Assembly: GCA_038087875.1 (NCBI GenBank) | Contig: CM075988.1 | Span: 22,818,001 to 22,882,000 of the forward strand | Source of the DNA: Malacoraja senta | Taxonomy: Eukaryota | Length of the DNA stretch: 64,000 nt | Direction of reading: 5' to 3' | Shown: positions 38,976 through 53,277 of the stretch, one piece after another | Layout: every line of letters starts with the position of its first letter | How positions within the stretch are numbered: position 1 is the stretch's first letter | The notes under the pieces: generated by a model | What the model was told of the DNA's origin: nothing | Database searches by the model: none | Seen by the model: only the letters and a program-made list of their open reading frames with translations | Translations under genes and position numbers: made by a program

Positions 38976-39394
38976 ATGGCAATCATTAAAGTGAGGAGTA
39001 AATCTACTACTTGGTAAATCTCCTTGATATTGTCCTTTCACCAGTGTAAGGTTGGAAAATGATAGCACAAGAAACAGCACTGCCTGCATATCCATGTAGA
39101 GTTGCTCATCACTTAGAAATGTATTGCTGTTTCTTCACCGTTACTGGGTGTAAGTGTAACTTTCTACCCAACAACACAGTGAATACTTTTACCAGCAGGA
39201 TTTAAACAGTTCAAGTAGACTCACCTCTACATTATCAAGTGCAGTTAACACTGGGCTACAAGCAAGAATAATATCCCATAACATGAATGAAAAATCTTTA
39301 TTGCAAAATACCAGGAAGTTGCATATACATGTCTCTTTTTGTGACAATATTATCTAAAGATAACACAAGCTGTAACGACACTACTTAACACTAA

Positions 39395-39634
<240 letters not shown>

Positions 39635-40189
39635 TAACATCTATAAATTATCCATGAAACCTGTTTGATTTATTGTTAACTCCTTGATGAATTTATGTAT
39701 CATTTCAGTGTGTATTAAGTGATTGAAAGATGATTTTGTTTTCCTAAGTAATCAAGGAACATGTATTTCCACTAGTGTAGACAAACTGAGGTGCTTAATA
39801 TCAATTTTTAAGTTAATTTCCGTGTTCTCATACGTCTTATTCAGAAACATTTCTCCACCCTCTCCCTCTGTCCCTTGTACTGCACTTTTCATAGTCAGCT
39901 TTGCATTAGATAAAACAACTTCTATATTTCATGCACAAAAGTAAGAATATCAACCTATGCATAACAAACATATTTTCTGAATGTAGGATAAATGTTTTGC
40001 GTGATCGGAGAGAATTGTGTCAAATCATCAGTTTATACTTGAAACAATAATCTCAACACTGAGTAATGCACTGTTATGCTTCCAATTCCCTGAAAGATGT
40101 AGAAGCATGTAACTAATCACACCTTATTGTCAATGGAGATATTCGTCTTGCTAGAGTTGAAAGTGGCGGTCAGATTGAAGTGCTGCTGA

Positions 40190-40459
<270 letters not shown>

Positions 40460-42359
40460 TGACATTAATCAATGAGTACATAGGGGCTTTGAAATATTGA
40501 TGGAATTCTGCAATGTAACTGTTGAGGGGTAAACCTAATCATGAGAATATTATTCATGAATTATTGATTCTGAGGTTTTATTAATGCAACAAGTTAAAAA
40601 GGCATCATTTGTGATGCAAGGTATTTAGGTTTTGATGTAAACTTTTATTCTGTATGGAGACAATAAGGAAGCAGATGCCAGTATATTTTTGAGTGTGGCT
40701 TTAAACTAAATCCCATTGTAGTTTCTGTACACACAATGAATAACTGTAGATATATATGATATTTGCCTTTTACAATTTAAAGATGTGGAATATTACTGTT
40801 CCAGTACTTTCCTTACTTTTGATGGGGATGTTGACTATTAAGTAACTAAATTGGCACTTGCGTATGCAATCGAGAATTTTGAAAGTTGCTTTGATTTCTG
40901 AGTAATTTTCATTGTTTTTAATATTTCTCTAAGAATCCTAACGTGAAGGGAATTATTTTGATGAGGACAAATCTCTGAAAATATAATCAAATGTTATGAT
41001 GCTATTTCAAAAGCAGGCATCATTGTTTAAATGGCTACCTTAACTGTAATTCTTAGGGTAGGAAATCTAATCATGAAATATAGCAGATCTTGCTAGCCTA
41101 GGCATTTGAGTGTCAGGGATATGGGGAGAAGGCAGGAAAATGGGGTTAAGAGGGAAGGACAGATTAGCCATGATTGCATGATGGAGTAGACACGATGGGC
41201 CAAATGGCCTAATTCTGCTCCTTTCACATGATCTTATGAAGTGGCAAAGCCTCATCTCCAACTATTCCAAATGAGACTGTTTAAATGTTACTAACTTTCT
41301 GTGACATTTAAACTACTAAAATTGAAGTAAACAATTTATTATAAATTAGAAAAGAAAGAATGACATCAACAATTAAGCTTAACATTATTGTTTCAAAATT
41401 AAGGAATATAACCCATCCCTATGTCTTCTAGTCAACAATATCCCAATCCCTGTTGAAATCAATTGGGTCGCTCTGTTAACTGGTCCGGAAGTTGAAAGAC
41501 AATTTCTGTCTTCAAAACGTCACCCATCCTTTTTCGCCAGGGATGCTGCCAAACCCGCTGAGTTATTCAGCACTTCATGTCTATCCCCAGCACAAATGTT
41601 GGGGAATCTCAGCAAGATGGCAGTTTGCCATCGGATCAGTGGCAGTGCAAGCCCACAGTTTTAGCATTCTGAATCTAAAAATGTCAGAACTTATGTCTTT
41701 CACAATGCATGTGCCGTGGAGTCAAACCTACAACATTTAAGTGGCTACGTGCCTGCATTTGGAACTTTAGGCATTCGCCAAAGTCCCGATACATTATATT
41801 TATTAATTATTTTGAGATGTCGGAAGGATTTATTCCGTTTTGAATACCAATTTGATTTGCACAGCACATTTTCAATGCCAACAGTTGTGTTCAGTATTCT
41901 ATTTCAGAGTTTTCGATGCAGCCGAAAGTGACATGTATAACATGCTGATTGTTGAATTCATTGTAAATTGTGGATGCGTATTTTTTTTAAAAGTCACAAC
42001 ATTGGTCTCAGAAAAATTTACTTGGATTCACATTCTTAAGTATTCTGCCTTTGAGGAATGTGAAAACACAAAAAGTCTAATCTCAGCATTTCTTAGGTAA
42101 GTAAGTAAGTTAGGACAGGACTACTTGAGTGTATTTTTGAATAGTATGTTGCTTTCATTTTGCTGGGGATGCATTGCTGCAGATCTGTATTACATGTTAG
42201 CAGGTAAAACAGCTGGGGAAGAGTCTGGGCTTGATAGAGATGAAAGTTTAGCATCCTGCAAATCTGGAAGTGGTTTAGCATCCTAGAAAGTTAGAACCAT
42301 AGATTTTCTGGAAACTTTAGTGAGTCTAACGTAAAGAACAGATTAAATATTTTTTCATG

Positions 42360-42875
42360 GAGTTGTACAGCATGGAAAGAGAACCGTTGTTCATGCCGAC
42401 CAAGTTGTCTTTCTGAGCGACTCCCATTGGCCTGCATTTAGCCAGTATTCCTCTAAACCTTTCCTACTATGTACCTGTGAAAATATGTTTTAGTCTTTGT
42501 AATTGTACCAGCCTCTACCAATGCTTCTGGCAGCCCTTTTTATGTACCTATCACCCTCTGTGTGGATATTGTTCCCCTCAGGTCCCCTTTAAAACTTTCC
42601 CCTCTCATCTTAAAACTCTGCCCTCTAATTTTAGATGTCCCTACCCTAAGAAAAAGACTGTGACGATTCATCTTATCTGTGCTCTTATCTTATCTCATGA
42701 TTTTATAGATCTCTATAAGGTCACCCCTCAATCATCTTTACCCTAATAAAAACAATTGCAGCCTACGCAGTCTATCCTTATAACACAAGTCCTTCAGTAC
42801 CAGCAACATCCTTGTTAATCTTTTCTGCATCTACTTTAGCTAATTATACATCCTTCCTATTGTATGGCGACCCTT
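42360..42875 (-). mobile_element. Old CR1-type LINE fragment
   Basis: Similar to 5090-5670 (ccctcaggtcccctttaaaactttcccctctcatcttaaaactctgccctcta). Confidence 0.65.
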
Positions 42876-43566
42876 GAACTCCTTCCACCATTTTTGTATC
42901 AAATTATCTTCCTGGCTAAAGCCAACGAGGCGTAAAGGCTGATTGTTTTTTTATATGGATGGGAAGGCAGCCAGCAGTGCAGAGGTGATTCTTACGTGGA
43001 AAGGGGAGGGTAATTTTGGGCGGTTAAAAGGTGGGGATAGAGGAACAGGATAGAGTTTGCGGAGGGCAGAGTTGTACATGAGATATCAATGGAGGATGTT
43101 AGATATGTCTTTGGGATTGGACAGTAGAGGAATGACAGTGTCACATTGGATATTTGGGTGGCAGACGAGTGGGGGAGTCAGGATTTGGATATCAAATTGA
43201 TATTTAAGTGGGTTGAAGGTCCTGGCTTTCTTGACAAAATTGTCTGCAGTGCTTTCATTGTCTTTGTCTGCACTTAAGGATTTAACCACCAAAAGATTGT
43301 TGAAGCTGTGGAGCGACCATCCACAGTAGTCAATGCTTGTAGAAAAGGAGTCGTGTTATAGCATCATATTAGCATACCACAATTTTGTGTTTAAAGCTGG
43401 GATGTGAATATTGTTACCAGCAATATTTTATAATGATTTATTTTGTGCTTTAGTGAATGTTATGCATGATTGTAAATTGTAAAATTTCTCTAAATTTAAT
43501 TCATAGTGCTGCAAAGTTAATGGTAAAATTGCAGTTCGTTCCACAGATGGCATATTATCTAAATCA

Positions 43567-43742
43567 CAAAAAGCTGGAGTAATTCAGCGGGACAGCAGCA
43601 TCTCTGGAGAGAAGGAATGGATGACGTTTCAGGGTCCGAAACGTCACCCATTCCTTCTCTTCAGAGATTCTGCTTGTTACTCCAGCTTTTTGTGTCTATC
43701 TTCGGTTTAAACCAGCATCTGCAGTTCCTTCGTATGCATGTG
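43567..43742. mobile_element. Fold-back PLE pLTR insert with 10-bp TSD
   Basis: atctaaatca at 43557-43566 and 43743-43752. Confidence 0.78.
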
Positions 43743-45047
43743 ATCTAAATCAGTAGCTTTATGCAGCATTTACTGGACAAATGAGATAACGCTTTCTTTC
43801 AAAATGGTAGTTTCTTCATTAACCGTGCAGTTTGAAAATGAATCGGCTATTTTTAATGAGAAAGAATTTATGCAATGGAAATGTGTAAAAGTTATAACTC
43901 AGGATCTCATTTGACCCTTTGCTTGTGTAGCAGTCGACAAACATTTTTATCGTCTAATTGCAGCATGAATATTCAGTTTGCTGCCCTGCAGGTTACAGTC
44001 AAGTATCTATTTGCATGTGTTGAGGGTTTCTCCCTCAGTGCTTCAATCCCTAGCTGCTTCTTGGTGAAAATATGTTCTTCATCATCCTTCTAATCCTCCT
44101 GTTAACTGTTTTAAATCTTTGTCTCAGGATTTCAGCCTCTCCCTACATGGAAATCGCTATGTTCTCTGTCTCTATATTGTTATACATGAGAATTAAGTCT
44201 CCCTCAATACCCTGTGTTCCAAAACATCAAACCCACCAAATATATATATTTGAATACAGATCTGTACCCAATACTCGTAACATAGCCTGACTTGCATTGT
44301 ACATTTTTTTAGTAGAGCTTCTCTGGTTTTATGTTCTATGCCTTGGCTAATAAAGGAGAGCATTCCGATGGTGTTTGCTATTTTTAAGAAACTGTGGGTA
44401 TGAACTCAATTTCCTTTGTTCCTTCACATCATTAAGCTACAACAAAGCTAGGAAATGCACAATAAATCCTCCCAACGTGTATTTCCTACCTTTGTTGCAC
44501 CACTCCAAATGCATTACCTCACACCTCTCTAGATTAACCTCCTTTTGCCTCTTCTGTGTCCAGCTGATCGAACTCTATCTTCCTGCAGATCAAATTCAAA
44601 ACAAGATTTTCTGTCATCCCTCTAGTATGTTTATCGTGTCCTTTGCGTTCAAATCTAAATTATCGATACATAGCACAAAAAGCAAAGGACTGATTACTGA
44701 GCCCAATGGAAGAACTGCATTCCACTTACAATCAGCTGTTCTAAACTGTAAATAAGTACTTGTACTGAATACTCAACAGTCTATAGAGGATTACTCTAAC
44801 ATTCAGTAAATTAGTCTAAATAATAGACCATTGTTATTAACCCCCCAAGGCAATGTTTCCATTCTTTGAGATGAACATCCTTATAATGTCATATTCTCAA
44901 TAGTCCAGTAATGTTTGTTTGAAAGCAATAGCGTACTCAAGTCACTGGCTATATTTGACATTGATTAATACTGACATTAATACAACAACTGGAGACTTAG
45001 TTGTTTTAATGTTGGGTAACTTTTAATTATAGTTATAAGCAATCTCT

Positions 45048-45300
45048 GAGTTTTTTCACCCAGAGAGTTATGAATCTGTGGAATTCTCTGCCACGGAAGG
45101 CAGTGGAGGCCAATTCACCAGATGTTTTCAAGAGAGTTAGATTTAGCTCTTAGGGCTAAAGGAATCAAAGGATATGGGGAAAATACACGAACGGGGTACT
45201 GATTTTAGATGATCAGCCATGATCATATTGAATGGCGGTGCTGGCTCAAAGGGCTGAATGGCCTACTCCTGCATCTATTGTTCGATGTTTTTTTATGTTT
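45048..45300 (+). mobile_element. CR1 3' end
   Basis: FFTQRVMNLWNSLPRKAVEA plus CR1 3' UTR (gatgatcagccatgatcatattgaatggcggtg). Confidence 0.88.
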
Positions 45301-45805
45301 TTAACTTGCCTTTCTAGTCTGAGAGTTTTATTTTGATGTATCTGATTTAGTTAATTTTGACATCTATCTAATCTGTTGTATCCCTTTAGAATTACAGAAA
45401 CATTCTTATTTTTATTTGTTTTTCTCTTGAATAACTTTTAAATGATGAATTAACAATGATTGTATAAGACAAACTAAATGTTAGTAAAGGAATTTTTTTA
45501 TCAATATTTAGATGCCCTTGTCACAATCGCTGTGACATCTTGTATGTTTTTATGCCATTATAACAGTCAGAAGTTTCATTGCTAAAAGTGCCATGTAATG
45601 TTTTCAATAAGCATTATTGTGTAGTAAGGAACTGTAGATGCTGGTTTTAAACCAAAGATAGGCACAAAAAGCTGGAGTAACTCAGCGGGTCAGCAGCATC
45701 TCTGGAGAAAAGGAATAGGTGACGTTTCAGGTCGAGACCCTTCTTCAGACAGAGTTAGGAAAAAGGGAAGTGAGAGAGAGATATAGACGGTGATATAGAG
45801 AGATA

Positions 45806-47530
45806 TGCCCTCCATAATGTTTGGGACAAAGATCCATCATTTATTTATTTGCCTCTGTACCTCACAATTTGATATTTGTAATAGAAAAAAATCACATGTG
45901 GTTAAAGTGCACATTGTCAGATTTTAATAAAGACCATTTTTATACATTTTGGTTTCAGCATGTAGAAATTACAGCAGTGTTTTTTTACATAGTCCCCCCC
46001 ATTTCAGGGCACCATAATGTTTGGGACACAGCAATGTCATGTAAGTGAAAGTAGTCATTTTTACTATTTTGCTGCATATCCTTTGCATGCAATGACTGCT
46101 TGAAGTCTGTGATTCATGGACATCACCAGTTGCTGGGTGTCTTCTCTAGTGATGCTCTGCCAGGCCTGTATTGCAGCCATCTTTAGCTTATGCTTGTTTT
46201 GGGTGCTAGTGCCCTTCAATTTTCTCTTCAGCATATAAAAGGCATGCGCAATTGAGTTCAGATCGGGTGATTGACTTGGCCACTCAAGAATTGACCATTT
46301 TTTAGCTTTGAAAAGCTCCTTTGTTGCTTTAGCAGTATGTTTGGAATCATTAGGTACACAAAAATGCTGGAAAAACTCGGCGGGTGCAGCAGCATCTATG
46401 GAGCGAAGGAGATAGGCAACGTTTCGGGCCGAAACCCTTCTTCATTGTAGAATGAACCGCCGGCCAATGAGTTTTGGGGCATTTGTTTGAACCAGAGCAG
46501 ATAGGATGTGTCTATACACTTCAGAATTCATTATGCTACTACCATCAGCAGTTGCATCATCAAGGAAGATAAGTGAGCCGGTACCTTCAGCAGCCATACA
46601 TGCCCAGGCCAAAACACCCCCACCACCGTGTTTCACAGATGAGGTGGTATGCTTTGGATCTTGGGCAGTTCCTCTCCTCCATACTTTGCTCTTGCCATCA
46701 CTCTGATATGTTAATCTTTGTCTCATCTGTCTACGAGACCTTTTTTACCAGAACAGTGGTTGTCTTTTAAGTACTTCTTGGCAAACTGTAACCTGGCCAT
46801 CCTATTTTTGCGGCGAACCAGTGGTTTGCATGCAGTGTAGCCTCTGTATTTTTGTTCATGAAGTCTTCTGCGGACAGTGGTCATTGACAAATCCACACCT
46901 GACTCCTGAAGAGTGTTCCTGATCTGTCGGACAGGTGTTTGGGGATTTTTCTTTATTATAGAGAGAATTTTGTCATCAGCTGTGGAGGTCTTCCTTGGTC
47001 AGCCAGTCCCTTTGTGATTAGTAAGCTCACCAGTGCTCTCTTTCTTAATGATGTTCCAAACAGTTGATTTTGGTAAGTTTAAGGTTTGGCTGATCTCTCT
47101 AACTGTTTTATTCTTGTTTCTCAGTCTCATAATGGCTTTTTGACTTTCATTGGCACAACTTTGGTCCTCTTGTTGATAAACAGCAATATAAGTTTCCAAA
47201 GGTGATGGAAAGACTAGAGGAAAGACGAGGTGCGGAGAGCTCTATTATACCTGAATTAAGGAGGCAATTAAATGCACCTGAGCAATTACAAACGCCTGTG
47301 AAGCCATGTGTCCCAAACATTATGGTGCCCTGAAATGGGGGGACTATGTATAAACATAGCTGTAATTTCTACATGGTGAAACCAAAATGTATAAAAATGG
47401 CTTTTAATAAAATCTGACAATGTGCACTTTAACCACATGTGATTTTTTCTATTACAAATCTCATATTGTTGGGTACAGAGGGAAATAAATAAATGATGGG
47501 TCTTTGTCCCAAACATTATGGAGGGCATTG
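45806..47530 (-). mobile_element. Near full-length Tc1 of the same family, interrupted by a Penelope-derived insert at 46352-46444
   Basis: Same terminal repeats at both ends; transposase fragments in ORFs 46442-46726 and 46999-47199. Confidence 0.95.
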
Positions 47531-50500
47531 TGAATGAAAGAAATGCAAAAAAAGTTACGATGATCAAGGAAACGGTCTATTGTTGTCTGTGGGCTAGTTA
47601 TACAGACAATGAAACTCACCAGATTCACCACAGTGATGCCAGCAATGTGGGTGTACTAGGAGGAGAGATTGAACAAGTTTGGCTTGTCTCTTCATTCATT
47701 GAAGTTTACGAAAATGAGAAGTAAATAAATTATGCCGAGAGGGATTGACAGGACAAATATTGAGAGGCTGTTTCCTCCCCCTGGAGGGTTTGGAAATAGG
47801 ATTCAGAAGCTCAGGATAATTGTTTGGCCATTTGGGAACAAGATAAGGGTAAGTTTCTCTCAAAGGGGATTTAAAATTATTGGATCCCTGGAGTTTCAAT
47901 ATCATACAATACACATATTGTAGATATGTATCATAGAAGTAAAATCAGTGCTGTGATCAATAGGCTTTTGGACAAGAGGGAATCAAAGTCAGAAAAAATG
48001 GATTTGAGATACAGGGATCAGCTATATCAGCACTGATATTGAATGTCCGTGCCAGCTTAAGGATGTGTGTGAACATGTTCACGAATCTATTTTTATGTTC
48101 TTGTGCTCTTTTGATGAAAATATTTAATAAATATACTGTAGTAGATTGCTCTGAATCTGTACTATTTAAGTTGTGTTAAAAACTCATACTTGCAAACTTT
48201 TTAATCAGTTTACCTCTACCTTTCTCTGTGCTATTAGAAACCTATTGGTTTCTTTAAACACTCTCGTACTCAGTGTTAATTTGAATTAGTCAAAGCTTTT
48301 AGTGGCACCTCAAAGCTTTGACATTCTTTCTAATATCCAAACATAAATTTCTATTGCAAGAAGCACTAGCTTTGCCTCTGCAATTTATACTCATGCATAT
48401 TACATCTAGTTTTATTCTTTTTTAGAGTATTATGTATTTTCTTTTCACTTACATCCCTAATCTCTCAGCTTTCTTATTCAAGTTTTATTTGCTTATCTAT
48501 GTTATCAATTTTTTTGGCTTCCTAGATGTATTAAACTTGTCTACTTAAAACTTTACTGCGTATTTGAGTTTTTATCTTCCGGATGGGTAATGGACCTGTA
48601 CCTTAAACAGTTACTTAAAGTTCTCGTACTTTATGTTTTTATATCATCTGTGAAGTTTGGAGAAATTGTTTGCAGCGTAAGATCAGGTCTTTTAGATCAT
48701 TGTCTGCATTTTGAAGAAACAGAGTGACCTCTCAATGCCTAAAAGTAGACCTGCAAATATATTCTGGTGACAAACTCTGTGGTGTTAAAACAGAGCTTGC
48801 GGTCACATACTTCGAGGACCTGGAAAGAGGCCAGGATCAAGTTCCACCGCTTGAAAAAACACTAAGGTATGAAAATAATATTCTAGTAACACAAAAATTA
48901 TAGATTAAAAAATCACTATTTATATACATGGAGGAAAAAGCTGAGTTTGCGTTTTAAAATGTCACCAGTCAGCTTTGCTAATAAAAAAATATATAGGTAA
49001 AGTGTAGTATAGAAAAAAAATCATGCTCCAAATCACCATGTAGTGATTAACACTGCCGAAAGATAAAATTACCAAATAGGAGAGCATACTTTAATCAAAA
49101 ATGCAGAACTAATTTCAGCAAATGTATGTTCAAAGATCTTGAGAATCAGTGAATTGCAGTTATTTGGAAGCCAATTGTTATACTTTTAACAGTATTTTCA
49201 TTGTAAAGACTTTGAAAACTCATTCCCTTAATTATTTACGTAATGCTGCAATCTCAAATTTAGAAATGTTTATTTATATTCATAATATTCCAATTTTCCT
49301 CTTTGCAGGAGAAGATAATCACAGAAGGAGCACGCGCCACTGGGATACCAATTGTCACCCCTTGCACTTTTATGAAACGGCAGCATTAACATTTGGTGAC
49401 ATAACACCGAGAGCTATGGTGACAATGACATGAATTGGAATTTGATGGTCAGCAGATTTACAGTGAAGGTTCGATGTGCTGATATCTGCTTGCGGATTGC
49501 TTCTGAATGCAGATCTTAAGTGGATGATGTTATCACACATGGGCTGTCTTCATCACTTAACTGCCAACATGCACATGGTATTACAACTTAGTTGGAGAAG
49601 AATTGTGGCTATCCAGGAGAGAGAATTTATGATATCTGCAATATGCCACTCGCCTATGTTTGCATATTAACGTCCACCACAATGCTGTGGACAAGGAGCA
49701 TGAGCAGTAGCTGCCAATTATGGTATTCATTGCTATGAAGAAGGCCTGTGAAAGGAATGGTATACTTCAGCCCCAAAATAATCAAGCACACAGCTAATTC
49801 TGCTTCTGAATCAAGCACACAGCAAATTCTGCTTCTAGCTTTCTGAACTTGATGCATCTTCATCAAGACTTGTGCACCCCAGTTGGCTAAGCAGCTGCCC
49901 ATCATTGCTGTTGGATTCATTATAAGAACACTGGCACATGAGTTAATATTTAGCAACTTGTAAACAGAGAATGAATACGCATAGAATGTCACATGCACTC
50001 ATGAAAATTTAACTTTTGTAGTTCCTAATCTGTTACTGCACAATAAAATGAATTGTTTTTGAAAGGTAACACAGATTAAATGTGTACACATGCAAGTATG
50101 CATGTATGTGTGTATGTGCATAGTATTTTTGTCTCTAGAAGGGTGTGACTGAAACTGCTCATCCTTCTAAGTACCATTTACAAGAGGTACTCATCATATT
50201 GTGAGCTGTGTTCAGACTCAATTCAAAGAGTTAAGAGAGCATTATGGTAACTTGCTATACCACCTAAACCTAAATATTAAAAATATTTCTACCAAATGTA
50301 AAAAATTACATTTTATATGCTTTCATGGTTATTTCTGTTGCTGTGAGAGCAAATGCAAGTTGCATAACTGATTATTTCTGATGCAGATTTTTCATATATT
50401 TACTTCAATTAGAGTGCAGAGGGGAATAAATAGAGTGAGGTATTATGTTGGAAATACATAATACAGTCAAATCTAAAAGAAAGTAGTTTGTTAGACGGCT

Positions 50501-50639
50501 ATTTGTTGTTCACTGATCCTGTTTGACACCAGGGATTCTGCTAAGTGCCAATAAGCCATTCATTACTTGATGCCCATGTGATATATATAGTAAGGTAAAA
50601 TATGTTGTTATAGTTGTTACATACTGTAAGGTATAGTTA

Positions 50640-50939
50640 GGCTGGCACAGTGGCGCAGCGGTGGAGTTGCTGCCTTACAGCGCCAGAGCCCCGGATTTCA
50701 TTCTGACTATGGTTGCTCTTTGTATGGAGTTTGTGCGTTCTCCATGTGGGCGTGTGGGTTTTCTCTGGGTCTTCCGGTTTCCTCACATTCCAAAGACGTG
50801 CAGGTTTGTAGATTAATAGACCTCTGTAAATTGTCCCTAGTGTATAGGACTAGAACCAGTATACAGTGATCGTTGGTCGTCACTGACTCGGTGGGCTGAA
50901 GGGCCTGTTTCCACTCTAATCTATCTCTAAACTAAACTA
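50640..50939 (+). mobile_element. Near full-length tRNA-derived SINE (HE1/V-SINE type)
   Basis: A-box-like tggcgcagcggtgg, conserved central domain, CR1-like 3' end (gggctgaagggcctgtttcc) and (ctaaa)n tail. Confidence 0.85.
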
Positions 50940-51284
50940 CATTTTTTTTTTAAATGTAGCATAATTTGATTCTCATTTTCCATCATGTTGTATATATTGT
51001 ATCTCTGAGCCATTTTAATGGATGGACAATGTATATTTTGTGGTAAGAATGAATATACCAATGCTAATGAAAATTGACAGTTTGCAACTGAATTTCTCTC
51101 TCCCCATGTTAGCGCATGACATTTACAAAGAAACTGAAGCTTTGCTGTATTCAAAATGTTTTGACCTTCTCATTGCAGTGTCCATGTGATTGAGAATCTC
51201 ATACTCAACGTTCAGTGCACACTGGTCACAACTCATACTGTTACAAGACAATAATTAACTGCCCAACTTTGGAAAAAGGCATGA

Positions 51285-51972
51285 TTAGTATGTTTGCTGA
51301 TGACACTAAAGTGGATAGTATCATAGATAACAAAGATGGTCATCCAAAATTACAGCAGGATCGTGAACATGTGTGCAAGTGGACTGAGGAATGATTAATG
51401 GAGTTTAATGCAGATGTGAGCGATGTTGCATTTTGAAAAGTCAAACCAGGGCAGGACCTTCACAGTGAATGGCAGGCCCCTGCAGAGTGTTGTAGAGCAG
51501 ACGGATCTATGATGGCAGGTACATAGTTCCTTGAAAGTGGCTCACAGGTAGATTGGCTGATCAAGAAGGCTTTTGGTATATTGGCCTTCATCAGTCAGGG
51601 TATTGAGTATAGAAGTTGCGATGTTATGTTATAGTTGTACAAAACATTGCTGAGGCTGCATTTGGAGTATTATGTTGAGTTTTAGTTACCCTGACATAGG
51701 AAGGATGTTATTAAGCTGGAAATAGTGCGGAGATTTATGAGAATGTTGCCAGGACTTGAGGGCCTGAGCTATAAGGAGTGGTTGGGGAGGCTAGGACTTT
51801 ATTCCTTGGAGTGCAGGACGATGAGGGGTGATCTTATAGAGGTGTATAAAATTATGAGAGGAATAGATAGGGTAAATGCACGGTCATTTACCCAGAACAG
51901 GTTGAATCAAGAATTAGGGGACATTGGTTTGAGGTGAGAGAGAAAAGATTTAATAGGAACCTGAGGGGCAGT
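51285..51972 (+). mobile_element. CR1-type LINE RT fragment
   Basis: FADDTKV; RFMRMLPGLEGLSYKEWLGRLGLYSLE. Confidence 0.88.
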
Positions 51973-52157
51973 GTTTCTAGCAGTTCAGCAGTGAGGAACA
52001 AACCATTGCTAGACTCTTCACATCCTGCAGTTTGTTCCTCACTGCTGAACTGAGGAGGGGGTGTCACCCTGACCGCACTTTAGGAGAGGAAACTTATTTG
52101 CTTTCCCTATTGCTCATATGAGCAGGTAGATTGAGCAAATGTGTTCAGTCCTCCTAA

Positions 52158-52361
52158 AGCCCCTGTCCCACTTTCACGACCTAATTCACAACCTTTTTTA
52201 CTCGTGGACATTTTTCATCATGCTAGAAAAAACGCCCAACCTACTTGATGCCACGAGTACCTACGACCTCCTACGACCTACCTACGACCATGTTGCGAGT
52301 ATGAGTCAAGGGCAAACTCGCCACAGGTCATGAATTAGGTCGTGAAAGTGGGACAGGGGCT
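52158..52361. mobile_element. PIF/Harbinger-type MITE (204 bp)
   Basis: Perfect 31-bp TIR agcccctgtcccactttcacgacctaattca; TAA TSD at 52155-52157 and 52362-52364. Confidence 0.9.
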
Positions 52362-52974
52362 TAACAAAGAACTGCACCTGAAGGGTTTTAATGGACCCAT
52401 GCAAAAAGAAAAGCATATCTCTTGTACACTATCCATTACTGGTCTCTCCAATCCCAATGAGCCCTGAGAATAATTTCCCATTATGCAGCATCCACTCATT
52501 CAGTAGCACTACTCCCTTATATTTTAAAGAATGTTGATTGTGTATTGGTATGACCCTAAAGAACTGGCTGCAACGGTCATACCTACTGTATTATGTTGAG
52601 GATTGCAAGAACTTGCAGCACATCCCTTCAGAAGGCAACACTAAAATTGATAATGCCAGTTATAGGGCATTGTTTCACAGAAAAACCTGACATGCAATTG
52701 TGTAAATTTTGCAGTTGTAAGTTTTGATTTTATGTAATTTTTATAAACATCATTTGGGTGACCCACGGTGCTGTTTTAATAGCAATAAAATAGTGTGGAA
52801 TTATCAATAGGTCCCATAATAGATTATAGAAAATGCATATTTTTCCAGAATAATCCTGTATCATATTGTCCCATGCAGCAGCAGGCTCTTTTTTAATCTT
52901 CAACCTCCTGCCTTAAAATCCCTGCAAAACATTCCTGTATCCACCCTACAAGATGTCATTATATTTATTTTTAA

Positions 52975-53277
<303 letters not shown>

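Noticed and set aside
49780..49836. 29-bp tandem duplication (similar small ones at about 4307, 16899 and 27638)
   Set aside because: Ordinary slippage duplications with no sign of function.
50640..50715. tRNA gene
   Set aside because: tRNA-like head of a SINE with a degenerate B box and no cloverleaf.
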